Assembly: GCF_022539665.2 (NCBI RefSeq)
Contig: NC_081333.1
Coordinates: 3,906,001-3,970,000 of the forward strand
Source: Daphnia carinata
Lineage: Eukaryota
DNA length: 64,000 nucleotides
Reading direction: 5' to 3'
A program made the position numbers and the translations under genes. Shown here one piece after another: positions 30,444 through 44,745 of this stretch (position 1 is the stretch's first letter; each line of letters opens with the position of its first letter). Under the pieces are notes generated by a model. The model was not told the DNA's origin and searched no databases. It saw only the letters and a list, made by a program, of their open reading frames with translations.

Positions 30444-31376
30444 CTATTCGGCTTTGTAGATACGTGTGCAAACGACATCATTGACGGTCAACACCTGTTG
30501 GCGAAAAACAATTTACTCAAATTCTAGCAACTTTTAAAAGAAAAAAAAAACACTTACGGCCTTCATTTCGTCGCCGTTGAATTCTCGGATGATGGTCGAT
30601 TCAGGGTCACCCTTCATGATGTGAGTCATTTTGTTACCGTCGAGGGTAATCGTAGACTTGACTTTAGCTCCATCGCCTCTCTCCTCCTCAAATTCCTCGC
30701 CAAGTTTGAATTTGATAGTAGTCGTCTTGAGCATCGTGGTTGTGGTCATGGTGTACTCGTCGCCTTCGCAGGTCAATTCCACCACCGGGGTCGCGCTGTT
30801 CCCCAGCTTGCGCATCACGAAACCAATTTCTATATTTAAAGAAAAGTTATTATAATTATTCTTTTTAATACTTTGCAGCGACAGACATCCACCTTTAGAC
30901 AGAATAACGTGATTGGGCGTTAGAACAAGGATTCTAAAATAAATGTGAAAAAACAAATTTTGGCCAAGAGGTAGGTGTTTCTGGCTAAATGTCAGAACAG
31001 GCCTCACATTAACCAGACGGGAATGTTCTAAGCGTCAAGACGCCAACATGAACGTCAGCATTTTTCAAACACAGCCAATCTCTCACAAGTGCCAGCCAGA
31101 CTACATCTATACGAGAATTGTTGGCACGAAACAACAATTCCTCCAAGGTAACAAATAATTATGATAAATTTCACGAAGCTGTAGATCAAAATTTTAATCG
31201 GCTGAAGAAACTGGAATATCAAGAAACACGACGTAGGAGCATACCCGGCCCGTGAAGTAAGTTAAAGTGGAAATTGTTAAGATCAATAAAGTCCGTAACT
31301 TACTCAGTTCTTGCATGTACTCGTCGAATTTATCGGAAGAGACGAGCTTGTATTTCTTGTTCAGGAAAGATGCCAT
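30444..31376 (-). CDS. FABP: Intracellular fatty-acid-binding protein
   Basis: KYKLVSSDKFDEYM; TTTIKFKLGEEFEEERGDG; VVCTRIYKAE*. Confidence 0.93.
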
Positions 31377-33552
31377 GATGATTGGTTTCTTTTGAGATTG
31401 CTTGGAAGAGCTGAAGGAAGCAATGCAACCAGAAGGGGAGGTAGATAACCGGCGAATGAAACTACGGACCACGCGGCATATTTATTACATACACCCTTAA
31501 ACATTTCATCGGGAGCCTCCTCCCTTAGTCCCGCCCATTTTCCCCTTCTCCCCGTTCTTGTAAGTGGCAACTGGTCGTAACCATATTACAAGGGTTCATC
31601 GATTAGTAAGTTCTCTTCGAATATCGATTCACATCTACTTAAAAACTATTTTCGAATAATTCAACGCTGTGAAAATACAATGCATGCTGCTATTCTTGTT
31701 TTTTTTTTTATTATCAATTGATTTTGGGAATTTTTTCTTTGTTAAACTATACAGTGTGAAAACTCAACTATCGATTGTTTAATGCGGAGGCCTCTTATTG
31801 GTTGGAGCGCATCGTACGATCCCCTTCTTCCCCCCCTATACCTCATGACGTGGTCTAGCGGGAAAAAAGGGGAGGAGGAGGGGAAAGAGAAAAATTCTTA
31901 TGACAGGAAATCCAGCCTTGGGATGCAGTTGAATTCATTGTGCTGCAGTTAGTCTGTTGTTTTTTTATGTGCATGTCCACGTTTATGACCACGTATGAGA
32001 GCCACGAGTACATTCGTACTAATACTTTTCTAATGATAGGCTTGAATCTAAATGCTTCAGACCTAGGAATTTGTTCGTAGCCAAACGCCTTAGTTTTTAC
32101 TTTAAAAATGTATTACTTTATTGTGGCTCCATTGCTTCTGGGGAATGTCAAGGCTACGGCATCGGCTTGTTTAAGCATATCTTCTTACAGCAGTAATGAG
32201 ATATCTGGTTAAATTGATTCGTCCGATCGCCATATTCAGTGTTCATTAACGCGTAGATGAAATCGCAATTTTGATTCAGCTTAGCCTGCAAAATTTTGAT
32301 GCATCGGTCAAAGAGGATTCGACGACGTGATCGTGTTTACCGGTTTTAAGGCGCGATGGGTGTACGAGCTGCCACCTAGTGCTCTACGCATTTTTCGGCA
32401 ATGTAATTAAAGCATTTCTACCTATTTTCTGCTATATTCCGTACTAAAAATCATCACTCTTTACGTGTATCAGAGTCATTTGAAATTACCATTAATTACA
32501 TTTTTCAATTGTTTAACACAGGAATAACGTCAGGTCGTTGCGTTCAGAATGACGCACGGAATACTGTAGTATCGACAACCTCAGCGGCCCCAACGACAGC
32601 GTAAGTCTCTTAAATTTTTTTTTTTTTTAAATTTATGCTAGTGCCGCGCTTCGGGTAGTAAAATTGTATTTTAAGAATTCGCATTTGCTATTTCTACGGA
32701 GGAAAAATTGGCACGCATTGTTTGTAAATTGGCACGTGACAAATTCGCAGTTAAGGAACCAAAGCATAATGTGAAAAAATTCGCTACTCTTAAAAAAGGT
32801 TAAGTTAGTTTATTTCAGATGGAGATTTAGAGAAATATGTACACTTGGCTTTTGGCATTACGCGTCGAATTGATTGAGCTGGAGCTTGTGAAAAGATTTC
32901 GTAGAAAACCGAAGAGAAACGTGGTTCTCTCATCGAAAAGTACTTGTTCTATGTTGCTCGACTTGTTTACAGTTAGAACTTGTTCACTTAAAGGGAACGA
33001 CAGCTCACGTGATTTTACAATTGGTAGCAAGTTGCGTCACACAATACGCAGTTATGCATTTTAGGGCTCGGGTAACAGATGTTCAGTGTTAATTCTACTC
33101 AAAACTAGCAAGAAAATATCTATTTTGTTTTTTTTTTTTCAAATTTTCATGTTTTTTAACATTTCGTCTTCTATTTTGTATTATGTGAAAGGAAAAGTAT
33201 CGATATTGCAGACATTAGCGTGTCTAGATGAACTAAAATTCCTAGACTACCAAATGTTCGGATCGTACCCGAATAAGGAAAAATTTGGTTTCGGTTTAGA
33301 AACCGATTTGAAGAAGCAACACGATTTCCATGGATAAAAAATCTTTGACCCTACCTAGGAAAGGAGCTGATGCAAATGTAGATAGTTAAAAAAAAAAACG
33401 AATAAAAAGACAACGGAAAACTCGTTTGTCCGGATTATTCACCTTCAGTGAATTCTTTGCAGCCCTCATTCCACTGGCTGGCTTGTTGTTGGTTGCTCGG
33501 GTTTGTCGATGTTTTGTGTCCCACATCGTGCACCTGCGATCAGTTCAGTCTA

Positions 33553-35046
33553 ATGATGGATTTTACAGCTTATTTATTTTTTACCGTGCTATCTTGTGCT
33601 GTGTTATTGCTCTGTTTAATTCTATTCTCCGACGGCGATTTAACGTTAATGCTAAAAGAGAAATTCGGAGTACCGTTGGGTAAGGTTACTTAAATATGAT
33701 AAGGCAAACTTGGCTAAAAATGTTTTCTTCCAATTTTTGTTTTCTTTCTACAAGATTCTGTCAAAGGAAAAGTGTATTGGGTCGTAGGAGCTTCTTCTGG
33801 CATTGGAAAAGAATTGTCCTATCAGGTAATATTAACTACGGTTATAATTGTGAAATGACTAAAGGGGTAACTATTAGTTAGCCGCCCATGGTGCAAAACT
33901 TGTGATTTCCGCCCGACGGGCGCTGGAATTGGAAAAAGTCAAAACCGGATGCCTAGGTAAAAAAAGGCTTGGCACATTGCGATAATTGAAAAAAAAAAAA
34001 AAAACTGCGTAATGCTTTGAATTTTATGTTTTTTTGTTAAAAACAGCCGTCGGCAAAAAAGCCGGTTTGGTCGATTCTGACGTTTTACTACTTCCTTTCG
34101 ATGTTACTGAGGTCGAATCGCATCAAGAGCATTTCGATTCAGTGCTTCGCCATTTTGGAAAGGTAACAATGTATAATAAAGCATTATGAAACAAGTTCTC
34201 TTTGGTAAACGTCTCGTTACTGTTTAGTTAGATGTGCTTATCAATAATTCTGGACGATCCCAAAAAGCAGAATTTCAAAAAATAGATCTTCGAGTGGACA
34301 AGGACTTGTTTAATACTAATGTTTTCAGTTTAGTTAACTTGAGTCGTGTCGTCCTACCATACTTCTTGGCTAAGGCACAAGGACACATTGTGGTAACGTC
34401 TTCTGTTGCGGGCAAGTTGGGAGCTGCCTTTTCAGCCACCTACAATGCAACTAAACACGCTTTACACGTTAGCACGAAAAATAATATCATGTTCCTTATA
34501 AAAATTCAAAATTTTCTGATTATTTTTCAGGGTTATTTTGAAACCGCAAGATCAGAGTTGTACACTAAAGGTATCTCCATAACGATGATCTGTCCCGGAA
34601 TGGTTTATTCAGATATTCTCACTGCTTGTGCGACAGAAAATCCCGGAGAAGTACGTTGCGGAATATTTTTCATAACCAATCGATACGAATTTTTGTTTAC
34701 GGCAAATCCGTTATCCGTAGCAACTAGGAGGGGAAATTGGTGAAGATGAAAAACGAATGAAAACAGAACGGTGCGCAAAACTTTGCGCTGTTGCTATTGT
34801 AAATAAACTAGACGAAGTTTGGATTTCCCTCAACCCTGTGCTTTTCTTCCTATATGTATGCCAATATGCTCCTTCACTTGGCCGAACGTAAGTTAATAAG
34901 TTACTAGGCAGTATGAGCTTACTAATGCAACAAAATTTTTTTTTTCTAGCTTTCTTAGTCGTTATGGGTTGCAAGCAGCAATCAAAACGCGGGGTAAACG
35001 AGATGCTCGTACCCTGAGGACATTAGATAACAATCGCAGTCGGTAA
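33553..35046 (+). CDS. DHRS7: Short-chain dehydrogenase/reductase, DHRS7-like (copy A)
   Basis: TM then DGDLTL; WVVGASSGIG; LINNSGRSQ; catalytic YNATKHALHG; MKTERCAKL. Confidence 0.88.
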
Positions 35047-35522
35047 ACCAAAAAAAAATATTCCGAAATAGAAGTCATGCTTCAGAGATTGCGTTCGTAC
35101 GCAAAAAATGATTGACGGTTTACTCATTTTTAATGTTATAGAGAAAGAGAGCTCACTTTCTGTTGTTTTGTGAAAAAGCTCAATCCATCGGTCATATGTT
35201 ATGAATGAAACATTTAGTAGAAAGATGATGTTATAATTAAAGAAGAATGTAATCTAAACTCGGTGGCCATGGGATGCAGAACTGCATTTTTATTTATGTG
35301 GGCTGAACAAAGTCCCAACTCCCATGTTCTTGATTTATAGTAGTCTTTCAATTTTTTATGCAAAGCGAGATAAAATAAAATAATATTATGTACTGATAAA
35401 AAGGTAAATTGTAAAATTACATTCCAACGTCGATATGTAATCTAGTGGCGCTGTCTTTCAAATATTATCAAACACAAGTCGTCTGCCTGTCAAACTCCAA
35501 TGGTCTCAATACGAAACTGAAA

Positions 35523-37064
35523 ATGGAGTTAACGTCGCTTCTCCTTTACATTACCATATTCTTCTCTGTGTTACTTGTTCTCATACTATTCAGTGATGGT
35601 GATTTAACTTTGATGCTAGTAGAGAGATTTGGAAAACGTTTAAGTAAGTCCATTGTGAAAACCCTAATCTCTAGATAATAGTTTTAAATCCATTTATTGT
35701 GATGTAACTCTGCCTAGGTTCGGTGAAAGGACAAGTTTATTGGATAGTTGGCGCTTCCTCTGGAATTGGGGAGTATTTGGCATATGAGGTATTATTGGAA
35801 ATTTTAGATAAAATCTAAAATAACAGCCAGTTTACATAACATCTTTGTGATTCAAACTTCCCAGCTTGTTGCAAATGGAGCAAAAGTAGTTTTATCAGGC
35901 AGAAGAGAAAATGAACTGCAGAAAGTCAAAACCCAGTGCCTACGTAAGTTTTTAAATGTTTACACATGATACTTGTTTTGAGGAAAAATTATCTTTCCAT
36001 TGTTGTTTATTATATTCTGTAGTTATAGGGAAGAAGGCAGGCCTTTCTGAAACTGATATTTTGCTTTTACCTGTTGATGTTACCAAACTTGAACTTCATC
36101 AGCAATATTTTGATGCTGTTTTACAACATTTTGGAACAGTATAATTTGATAACAAACTATTTGATTGACATACCCTAACATTCTGACACTAACTTACCTA
36201 TTTTTTTCTTTTTGCAGTTGGATGTGTTAGTGAATAATGCTGGCAGATCCCAGAGAGCAGAGTGGATGAATATTGATATAAGGGTTGACAAAGACCTTTT
36301 TGATGGCAATGTTTTTGGACTTCTCAACCTCAGTCGTATTGTAATGCCACATTTTCTCTCTAAGAAGAGAGGCCAGATTGCTGTGACATCATCTGTGTGT
36401 GGAAAAGTTGGAGCTCCATGCTCAGCCAGCTATAATGCTACAAAACATGCTTTACATGTAGGAGAATATAGCAGTGAAACAAAGCAAGTGCATTAATCTT
36501 AAGTCATTTCTATATAGGGATATTTTGAAACGTTACGTGCCGAATTGACATGTCGGGGCGTATCAGTTACCATGCTTTGCCCTGGACCAGTTTTCTCCGA
36601 TCTACTCAGCGCTTGCGCTACGGATACTTACGGCCAAGTACATTAGAACCCAGCAGGCTTTTTGTGTTAATCAATTTTTTTTTGTATTACATATACCTAT
36701 TGTTATATCGTTTTCGTAAACAGAAATTGGGCAGTACTATGACCAAGAAAGATCGACGAATGTCCACGGAACGGTGTGCACGACTTTGCGCCATAGCCAT
36801 AGTTAATCAGTTGGATGAAGCTTGGATTTCTATCAACCCTGTTCTGTTATCTTTGTATGTATCACAATATGCGCCCTCCCTGTTTAGAAGGTAAAGTGTA
36901 TTTAACTATTTTTATGTCTTTTGTGAAATTAACAATTTAATTGTGTTCCATGTTCTAGTTTTAATGGTCGTATAGGAGCACGGGTTGCCATGTCACTCCG
37001 TGATAGCAGGAATGATCTCGTTAATAGTTGCAAGAAAGATATACAAGGTGAGAAATCGGACTGA
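35523..37064 (+). CDS. DHRS7: Short-chain dehydrogenase/reductase, DHRS7-like (copy B)
   Basis: WIVGASSGIG; LVNNAGRSQRA; YNATKHALHG; same intron positions as copy A. Confidence 0.88.
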
Positions 37065-37334
37065 TGGCCATAAAGACGTTACCGATCCTTCCACAATATT
37101 TTGCATTCAGTGATACTACATGAAAATGCTATAGAGGCAATAGTGCCCATTCTTTATTAGCCGGTGTAATTCTAAACGATAAGCTAAGCCATTATGCAAA
37201 AATGAATTATGAAATTTCGAACGTTTTGTTCTTAATTTGTTATGAATATATGAAGGATTTGGCAACCTTGAAGTATTATTCAACATATGTTGTTCGTTCA
37301 GACAAGCGAAGTTGCTATCGGATCTCCGATAAAA

Positions 37335-38518
37335 ATGGAAAAACAAGCAATTAGCAACCTTGATTTCAAAAAAATATTCAGCGACACTCTGAATTCTATG
37401 ACTCTGATCGTAATATAGTTGATTGCACTTCTAACTAAATAAATTACCTTATTAGACTTCTACCTATTTAGCCGTTAATGATCAGTGGAGGTCGATCTAA
37501 CGTGACTACAAGGTGTAACCAAAATATGACCCTTACCGATATGAGGGCACAGTATGCCAGCAGGGTTCTGAGTAACATCTTTGCTTATAAAGACCTAAAT
37601 TCTGAAATTGTCCTTACATCCACGACAAACTGTGATAGCAAGAAACTGAATAACACTATAACATGTGTTGTGGGGCCTGTCATCAACCCAGCTACCAAGA
37701 AAAAGGATGTAACAACATCTTTTCAAGAATATGTTAGGTAAATTTGTTTATTTGAGCAGTAATGCTAAAGCTATTCATGTCATACTGTATGTTTGTGCTT
37801 TATAGGTTGAGAAAGCTGCGTGTGAAATGCAGACACCCACCTGAAGGTGAAAACATGTCTGAAGCATGGATAACTGAAGCTGTTGTCTGCTATGATTTCT
37901 TGCATAATGATACCACTAAACCAATGCATGCTGTAGGTTTAGCTGCTGGTTTAGAAAATGATCCGCCATTCAGAGGTAATGGGATTCTTAACACACATAA
38001 GCTTATTCTAATTTTCTTTTCCTTTCCACTTTAGAAGCTGTAAAAATTTTATACAACAGGAGTAGAGTTGCATGCATTCTTCAGAAATTCGATGAAGGAG
38101 TGGATTGTTCTCTGTTCCCACCACTGCCTAGTCTAGATATGACCAATTTCAAATTGCTGAAGCAGAAGGCAGAAATCGACATTACCTCAAAGTACATTGC
38201 CGGGTTTGTCCCGATGCTGAACAAATTTTCTGTTACTCGCATCGCTAAGATAACTGCCGAATTATGGCGATTCTTGCTTTTTTTATCGCAAGATTATTCA
38301 CACTATTACAGTTCTGTGCGCACTCTATGTGTGAGTATTTTTATTCAGGTTTCTCTTTTTTTTTACAATTTATCCACAAATGTCATTGTTCTTTTTAGGA
38401 TGAGCACAACCGATCGCACCCGACAATGCACGCAAGAATTTGGATGCTGAAAGTCATATTAACAATATATGATGCAGCTTTCGCCTTTTTGAACTTGAAG
38501 CCGCTGGAATACGTTTGA
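37335..38518 (+). CDS. DALRD3: DALR anticodon-binding domain-containing protein 3-like
   Basis: Spliced ORF with C-terminal DALR-type region ILYNRSRVACIL..FPPLP..FLLFLSQDYSHYY..MHARIWML..LNLKPLEYV*. Confidence 0.7.
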
Positions 38519-38536
38519 ATTAAAGTCATGTTAATG

Positions 38537-39718
38537 TTACAGTGCCAGTAATCGATATCCTAGAGAAGGAACGCCTATGCGTCGGAAAGGAGCAAACATT
38601 GAATTGTGTGTATTGTTGAATCGTCTGATAGCCTCCGTGACTTCGGCCACTTGAAGTGGTCTCATCGAATTTGACCATGTTGGCTGAAAATACGGAAATA
38701 TCGTTGTATAATAGCATAATTCTTTAATTTTCCTATATCTTTTACCTTCGACAAATCCGCGTTTGCTGGAGAGACTCTAGGTACCACGTTGCGTTCAACG
38801 GCGTCATTCACTTGTCCAGCAGTGTTATCCCTGCGCACAATGAAAGCTAAATCCACTATTTGTGCGATGGTTTCGTATGCAAAATAGCTGAGAATAGACC
38901 ACGTAGTGGCATTCATGGCTACATCGGGAATGGAAGAATCTTTAAGCAACCAATCTTGAAATTTGCCATTTGGTTGGTTCCTCTTAAATGAGGTACATTT
39001 TGCCTAAAAACAAAAGTCAAGTGATTTTGCTTCAAAGCAGCAACTTGGTTAGACTGAAATACTTTGGTATATTCCAAATATTGTTGTACATCCATGGCTG
39101 TTGTCATTCTCTCAATCCTTTCATTTCGTTCTCTAAAAGTATCATCTAGTAGAGGAGATGGCTTTGTAGGATCAGCAACATTACACAGGTAACAAGATGG
39201 GTCAATATATTGCAAGAATGCAAGAGCAGATTGCAGTTTTTGGTTGTTATTAGGAAACTCGGTGAAGTCTACTGTGTCTTTTGTTCCATCATCTTCCTTG
39301 GCATATTTCTTAAACTCTGTAACTTGCAAATATGTGCAAAACCTTCTAAGTTTTACAGGATTATGCCTGTTTTAAAAAAGGTGCTTAAAAACAATCTCAG
39401 ACATAGTAGAAAAGTGAAACATGATTACCTCAACAAAATTAGAAATTCTTTCACATCGATTTTCTTGGAATTAATCTTAGCAGAAACCTCAAGGAGCATA
39501 TTCAACAACTGAATCAATTGTTCTTTCGCAATTTTCTCTACCAACTCTGCGGTTTCTTTTAGAGGATGCTTGCTGTCGCCGAAGCCATGCATCATTTTTT
39601 GTACTTCTATACATTGTGGTTTATGTAGAAGAAAAACAAGTTTTTAAATCTGAAAATAACTACCTGTAGTATACCATCCGGTGCAGGGAGAATTTTCATT
39701 GACATCGGCGGCGGGCAT
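38537..39718 (-). CDS. SUPT3H: SAGA complex subunit SPT3
   Basis: EVQKMMHGFGDSKHPLKETAELVE; TAMDVQQYLEY; ILSYFAYETIAQIVDLAFIVRRD; EVTEAIRR. Confidence 0.92.
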
Positions 39719-39813
39719 CTTAAAAGTGTAATTTCCGATGGTAGTTTATTTCACCTTATTCTTTCGTTATTTATTATTGTCAGTTATTATTATTGTTCAA
39801 TGCTGTCTGCTAG

Positions 39814-40545
39814 TATGGCAATCCGTTTTACCCAAAATAAAAACAAAAAATATTGGCTTTTATTCTGTTTTACTGCTATCGCCATCTACCCGTCACATTT
39901 TTAGTTAATTCTCTACATACATTGACCGAAAAAAATTTTAAGCCCGACTAAATAAGCCTGACTTTTCTGGGTCGGGCTTAAAATTTATTTCTGAAAAAAC
40001 TGAAACTCATCGGAATTGGTTGAATATCACAGGTTACACTCAAAATTGAATGCTGATTCCGGGAAAATTGCTATGTTTTTCATTAAGTAAATCGTTTTTT
40101 AAATACAGCAAATATTTGACGCAATGCTAGCGCGCCAGTACGGTACAGCGCTAGCGTGATGCAGTACAAATATCCGGTGTGTGTATGTTACTCAATACTG
40201 TCGCCATCTAACGGTCAGATTTCTAGTTAGTTCTCTACACAATACACCGAATATAATGAAAAAAATAGCAATTTTCCCGGAATCAGCATTCAATTTTGAG
40301 TGTACCCTGTGATATTCAACCAATTCCAAGGAGTTTCAGTTTTTTCAGAAAACAATTTTAAGCCCGGCCGAGAAAAGTCGGGCTTATTTATGTTTAGTCG
40401 GACTTTTTAGTCGGGCTTAAAAAATTTTTCGGTCAGTGTATGTAGAGAATTAACTAGAAATGTGACGGGTAGATGGCGATAGCAGTAAAATAGAAAAAAA
40501 GGCCAATAATTTTTATTTTTATTTTGGGTAAAACGGATTGCCATA
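39814..40545. mobile_element. Foldback MITE, TATGGCAATCCGTTTTAC family, ~270-290 bp inverted arms
   Basis: 39814-40085 is the reverse complement of 40254-40545 with scattered mismatches and an indel; no ORF; same termini recur at 51-60 kb. Confidence 0.9.
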
Positions 40546-40838
40546 TTGCCATAGTCCCACACTTCTTTTCACTCCGGAATACATAAAAAAAACAATTGTG
40601 ACTTGGTCGCTTTTGTAACCTGATTTCTCTGTAAAATACCCAAAATAACACACTTGTTGTGTATGATAAAATATGTATTCCCTTAATGTACTTAACACAG
40701 TTTAGCAATATCTAAAATCATTTCAAGGTATTGTTATGGTACTGAATGGTATAAGAAGCATGGACGAAAAAACTTTTTTGTAAAGGGAATACGTGTTATA
40801 AGTGATATCATCAAGGAGTTACAAAAGAAAGCCCAGGC

Positions 40839-43800
40839 ATGGCGCTTCTGCACAAAGCATCAAATGAGAATTATTTGTCTGGTGTACAAAACAAGCTAAT
40901 GCTTATATTGGGCAAAAAAAGTGGGGCCTCTGAGGATGTAACAGATTTTTTGGATAATTTAAGTGCTTTTTTTTTCGATCTTAAAAGGAGGGGAGACATA
41001 TCAGTCAATGCCCAGGTGAGCTGATTCTTTATATTTAATTTTTCTTTGTATTAACAATTCTCATTGATAGGATGCTGTCAACATCATGGTAGATGTTTTA
41101 GAAATTGTTAAACCAGAAGAATCTCTCAAAGTTTCAAAAACTTGTCAAATATGGGAGCAAGTTTTACAACTTCCAAATGTAATATTGTCCAATCAGACAT
41201 CAGAGAAATTGATTGTTTGGACGCTGCAAACAGTATTCAGGCATGAAAATTCTTCTGTGTTGGCTGATATCCTCAGTTTTCTTGCTGTGGCAGTCAACTA
41301 TAAGGAGATCAAACAAGCCAAAGTAAGTCAAATACTAGAAACTTCAAACAATTCATGTAACTCATGTCCATTTTTTCACTGAAACTAGGATCTAAAAATA
41401 TTACTTGGTCCTTCTGGATTTGTTATAAATAAGTTGAATGAAGATCAACAGCTTAATAATCTAACAGTACTCATACTAAAAGTTCTCTGCAATTTTACCT
41501 ACTGCTCAGGTGAAAAAGACTGGTCAACTATTTGTAAAGATTTAGTTGAGGCATGTATCATACAATTCATCAAAATTCAGGAGCAACAATTAAACTGTGA
41601 TCCGAGCAATTTGAATATTCTAAGGGTAAGTTATGCCTTAATAATTTATAACTTACCATTCCTGCAAATAAATGTTTATTTACTGATTTTGCAGGTTCTC
41701 ATCCTGTGTTTTTATGGGTTGGAAAACATATTTGTCCGGTTCACCGCCTCAACTGCGCCCCATTTGGAAACTATCTTTGGCCTGGCACGATACTATATGC
41801 TATTCGGCATCGCCGGCCAGCCCCTAAAATATGCTCCAATTCGTCCATCATCTGTACCATTTGTAGAACTTCCGTTGAAGTGTGATCAAACAAAGAATCC
41901 CAAAGTGAGAAAGAAACGCCCTCCTAGCAAAGTGCAATCCAAGAATCGAAATCAAGATAGCCACAGCGAGGAAATTGGTATTGAACTACATCTCCAAACA
42001 AAAAATAAACCCTGGGCAAAAAACAGCATCTCCATTAGTAGTTCAGATTCGGAGCTGTCGGATTCCGATGTACAGTCTTATCAAAGACTGAAAGAAACTC
42101 AGGGAAAGGTCCGTTCGAGCGCGCTAAAAATGTTGTCCGCTGCCTTCAAGTTTTGCGACCAGCGTTCCATAATGGGGTATTGGTCAGCCTTTTTACCTGA
42201 TTCGTCTCAGGGGCAAGTTTACCGCCATTCACTGGTCACCCCAATACTAAAGGATTGCTCAGTCAAAGTCCGTTGCAGCGCTTTAGTTGCGTTGTCGTCG
42301 CTACTGCAAGCTATCCAGCCGACATTAGCTATGGCTTCATATCAGGAAACCAGAACGGGGTCTTTTATTCCCTTGAGCCACACGCTTGCAGAAACGATTA
42401 TAGCAATCCAACGTTCATTAATACTCTCAGTGAGTGCGGAACAATCTGCCAGTGCGCTCATTCAGATTTTGAAATGCCTAGCAGTAGCAGCCACCATTTT
42501 TCCGTACGAGAAGCTACCAATGGAATTGGTGTCAAAAACCATCCAGCAGTGTATCCCTTTCTTAGATAACAAAGGTGGCAATTTTATTTATTTTTTATTT
42601 TTTATTTTACCTATTATCAATCACTACAATTAGCAAGTTACGTATTTTTTTAGACCCAGACGTTAAGGTTGCTTGCTTATCGGTTCTTCGGATATTGCTT
42701 TGTGCACGTTCTGCCAATCCACAAATTGTTCAGATGTTCAATGAAGAAAAAACGGGTAAAAATATATTTTAATATAGTTTTACAGTTAAAAAACTTATCA
42801 CCTTCAGGAAAATGCTGGTTGCTTGAGCATTGCTTAACGTTGATTGATGGCCAGTCAGGGTTCCCATTAACGTTGGAGAGTCTGTTAGTAATTGGTGAAG
42901 TAGCACGTTCTAATATTCGTGTTGCCAAGCCGTATTTTCAACACATTGTGCGTTCGATTTGCCACAAATTGTTGACTGATCAAGATTCGGGCATTCAAAT
43001 TCGTTGTGCTAAAGCATTAGCTCTTGTTGGGGCTAGTATTTTGCAAGAAATGGACAAGGAAGATTCCGGTAAATTAGGTTTCAAAAATCGTCTATCAAAT
43101 TAAATAACGATTCATTATTTTTGTTAATAGATCAGTACATTTCACGCGATGAAGCTGTCCAACTTTGGATTTATATAATTCGTCATGGTCTTGCTGACAT
43201 ACTGCAAGCCGCATCCGTTCCCCCGCTCAAAGCCGAAGCCTGTGCCGCTCTCGCCACAGTTGGCTCACAGATATTCGAATGCTTACCAGTATGATAATGT
43301 ATTGTCAAACCGATATTAGGACGAGCTAAAACTTTTCTATTCTCTAGCGAGAACTGAGAATTCTTTTTGTCACGTTGGCCTTGGGATGCGCGACTGATGG
43401 AGATGCAAGTGTCAGAGCGGCGTCCATACGAACTCTTGGCTTCGCGGTCACATTTAATACACTTAATGATGTAAGTTTGGGTAGGTTACTGTACCAAGCT
43501 TAACTTTAGTTTACACATTTTTGCATAGGATGCATCATTTTTGTTGGATAGCTCGGAAAAGATCCTACCTTTGCTCGAAGATGGTAACCTCCTTGTGGCA
43601 TTGAACGCAAGTTGGGCCCTAGGCAATTTAGCAGACACGTTGGATAAAGACCAGTATATTTGCTATAGGACAGTCTTTTTATTTTGTTAAATGATCCTTG
43701 TAATTTTTGAAATCAATATTTTAGAAATTCTTTACTAGAAGAAATGCCCCGAGATTTCTTGATTAATCTAATTAAGGCTGCCCTCCATGCAGCGCAAGGA

Positions 43801-44745
43801 TCTATGAAGGTATGAAAGTGTGTATTTCTATCGCGTTCAAAATTTCCACGGCTTTTTCTCTTTGAGGTTCGCTGCAATGGAATACGTGCCCTTGGAATTT
43901 TCGTGAAAATCATACCAGATGTTCCAAGTCAAGGAAGTGAGACAGCCCTTTTATTGGATCAGGTGATATCAGTTATTGCAAAACAAGCGACGATAGGAAA
44001 CTTTATGAAAGTATGAATCGTAGTCTTGCCTTTACTGACTCTTATTAGCTGAATTCATTTTCTGGCCGTAGAACCGTTGGAATGCCTGCTACGCTTGCGG
44101 AAATATTTTGCAGAACTTAAAATTACTCACAGCATTCTCCCATTGGATGGTAAAAATGGAAAACAGTTTGGCTTATAACAGAAACCGCAACGTTTTTGTC
44201 TTTCTAGGATAAATTACTCGACAGTCTTCTTACGGTCTTTCGAAGCTGCCCCAACTTTAAAGTCAGAATTTCTGCTGCCAACGCTATGCTGAATCTGAAA
44301 CATCGAGAACTCCTGTCCAATTACTATATCCGAATTTGGTTTACGCTACTTGATTCATTGGCCAACTCAGAACATATCGACGATTTTTCCGAGTTTCAGC
44401 ACCATGAAACCATGTGCCGCCAGATATGCAACGCCCTTTGCAAACTTATGACGCTGGCTGCAAAAGACGACCTTAGTCAACTACAGGAAGCTGTGATGAA
44501 ATACTACGGTAACAAGAATAAGAAAACATTTTGAAACAAGAAATAACTACATAATATTTCTTTGTACAGATGTTTTTTCGGCTCACTTTAGTAAATTTCT
44601 AAAATCGTTATTGCCGGAGCAGTTAGAGCTGATAATAGAGGCGTCTGAATACATACGACAGCTAGGCCAGCCAGTTGGTTCACTTACACAGAGCCAGAAA
44701 TCAGCTGTAGAATTGTTCCAAGAACTATTGAACATTCCAGGCTGA
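40839..44745 (+). CDS. HEATR6: HEAT repeat-containing protein 6
   Basis: SSSDSELSDSD..KVRSSAL..YWSAFLPD..SLVTPILKD; RWNACYACGN; CPNFKVRISAA. Confidence 0.85.

Noticed and set aside
33062..33358. Possible degenerate MITE (TAGGGCTCGGGT..GACCCTACCTA)
   Set aside because: Ends match weakly, no target duplication, no second copy in window
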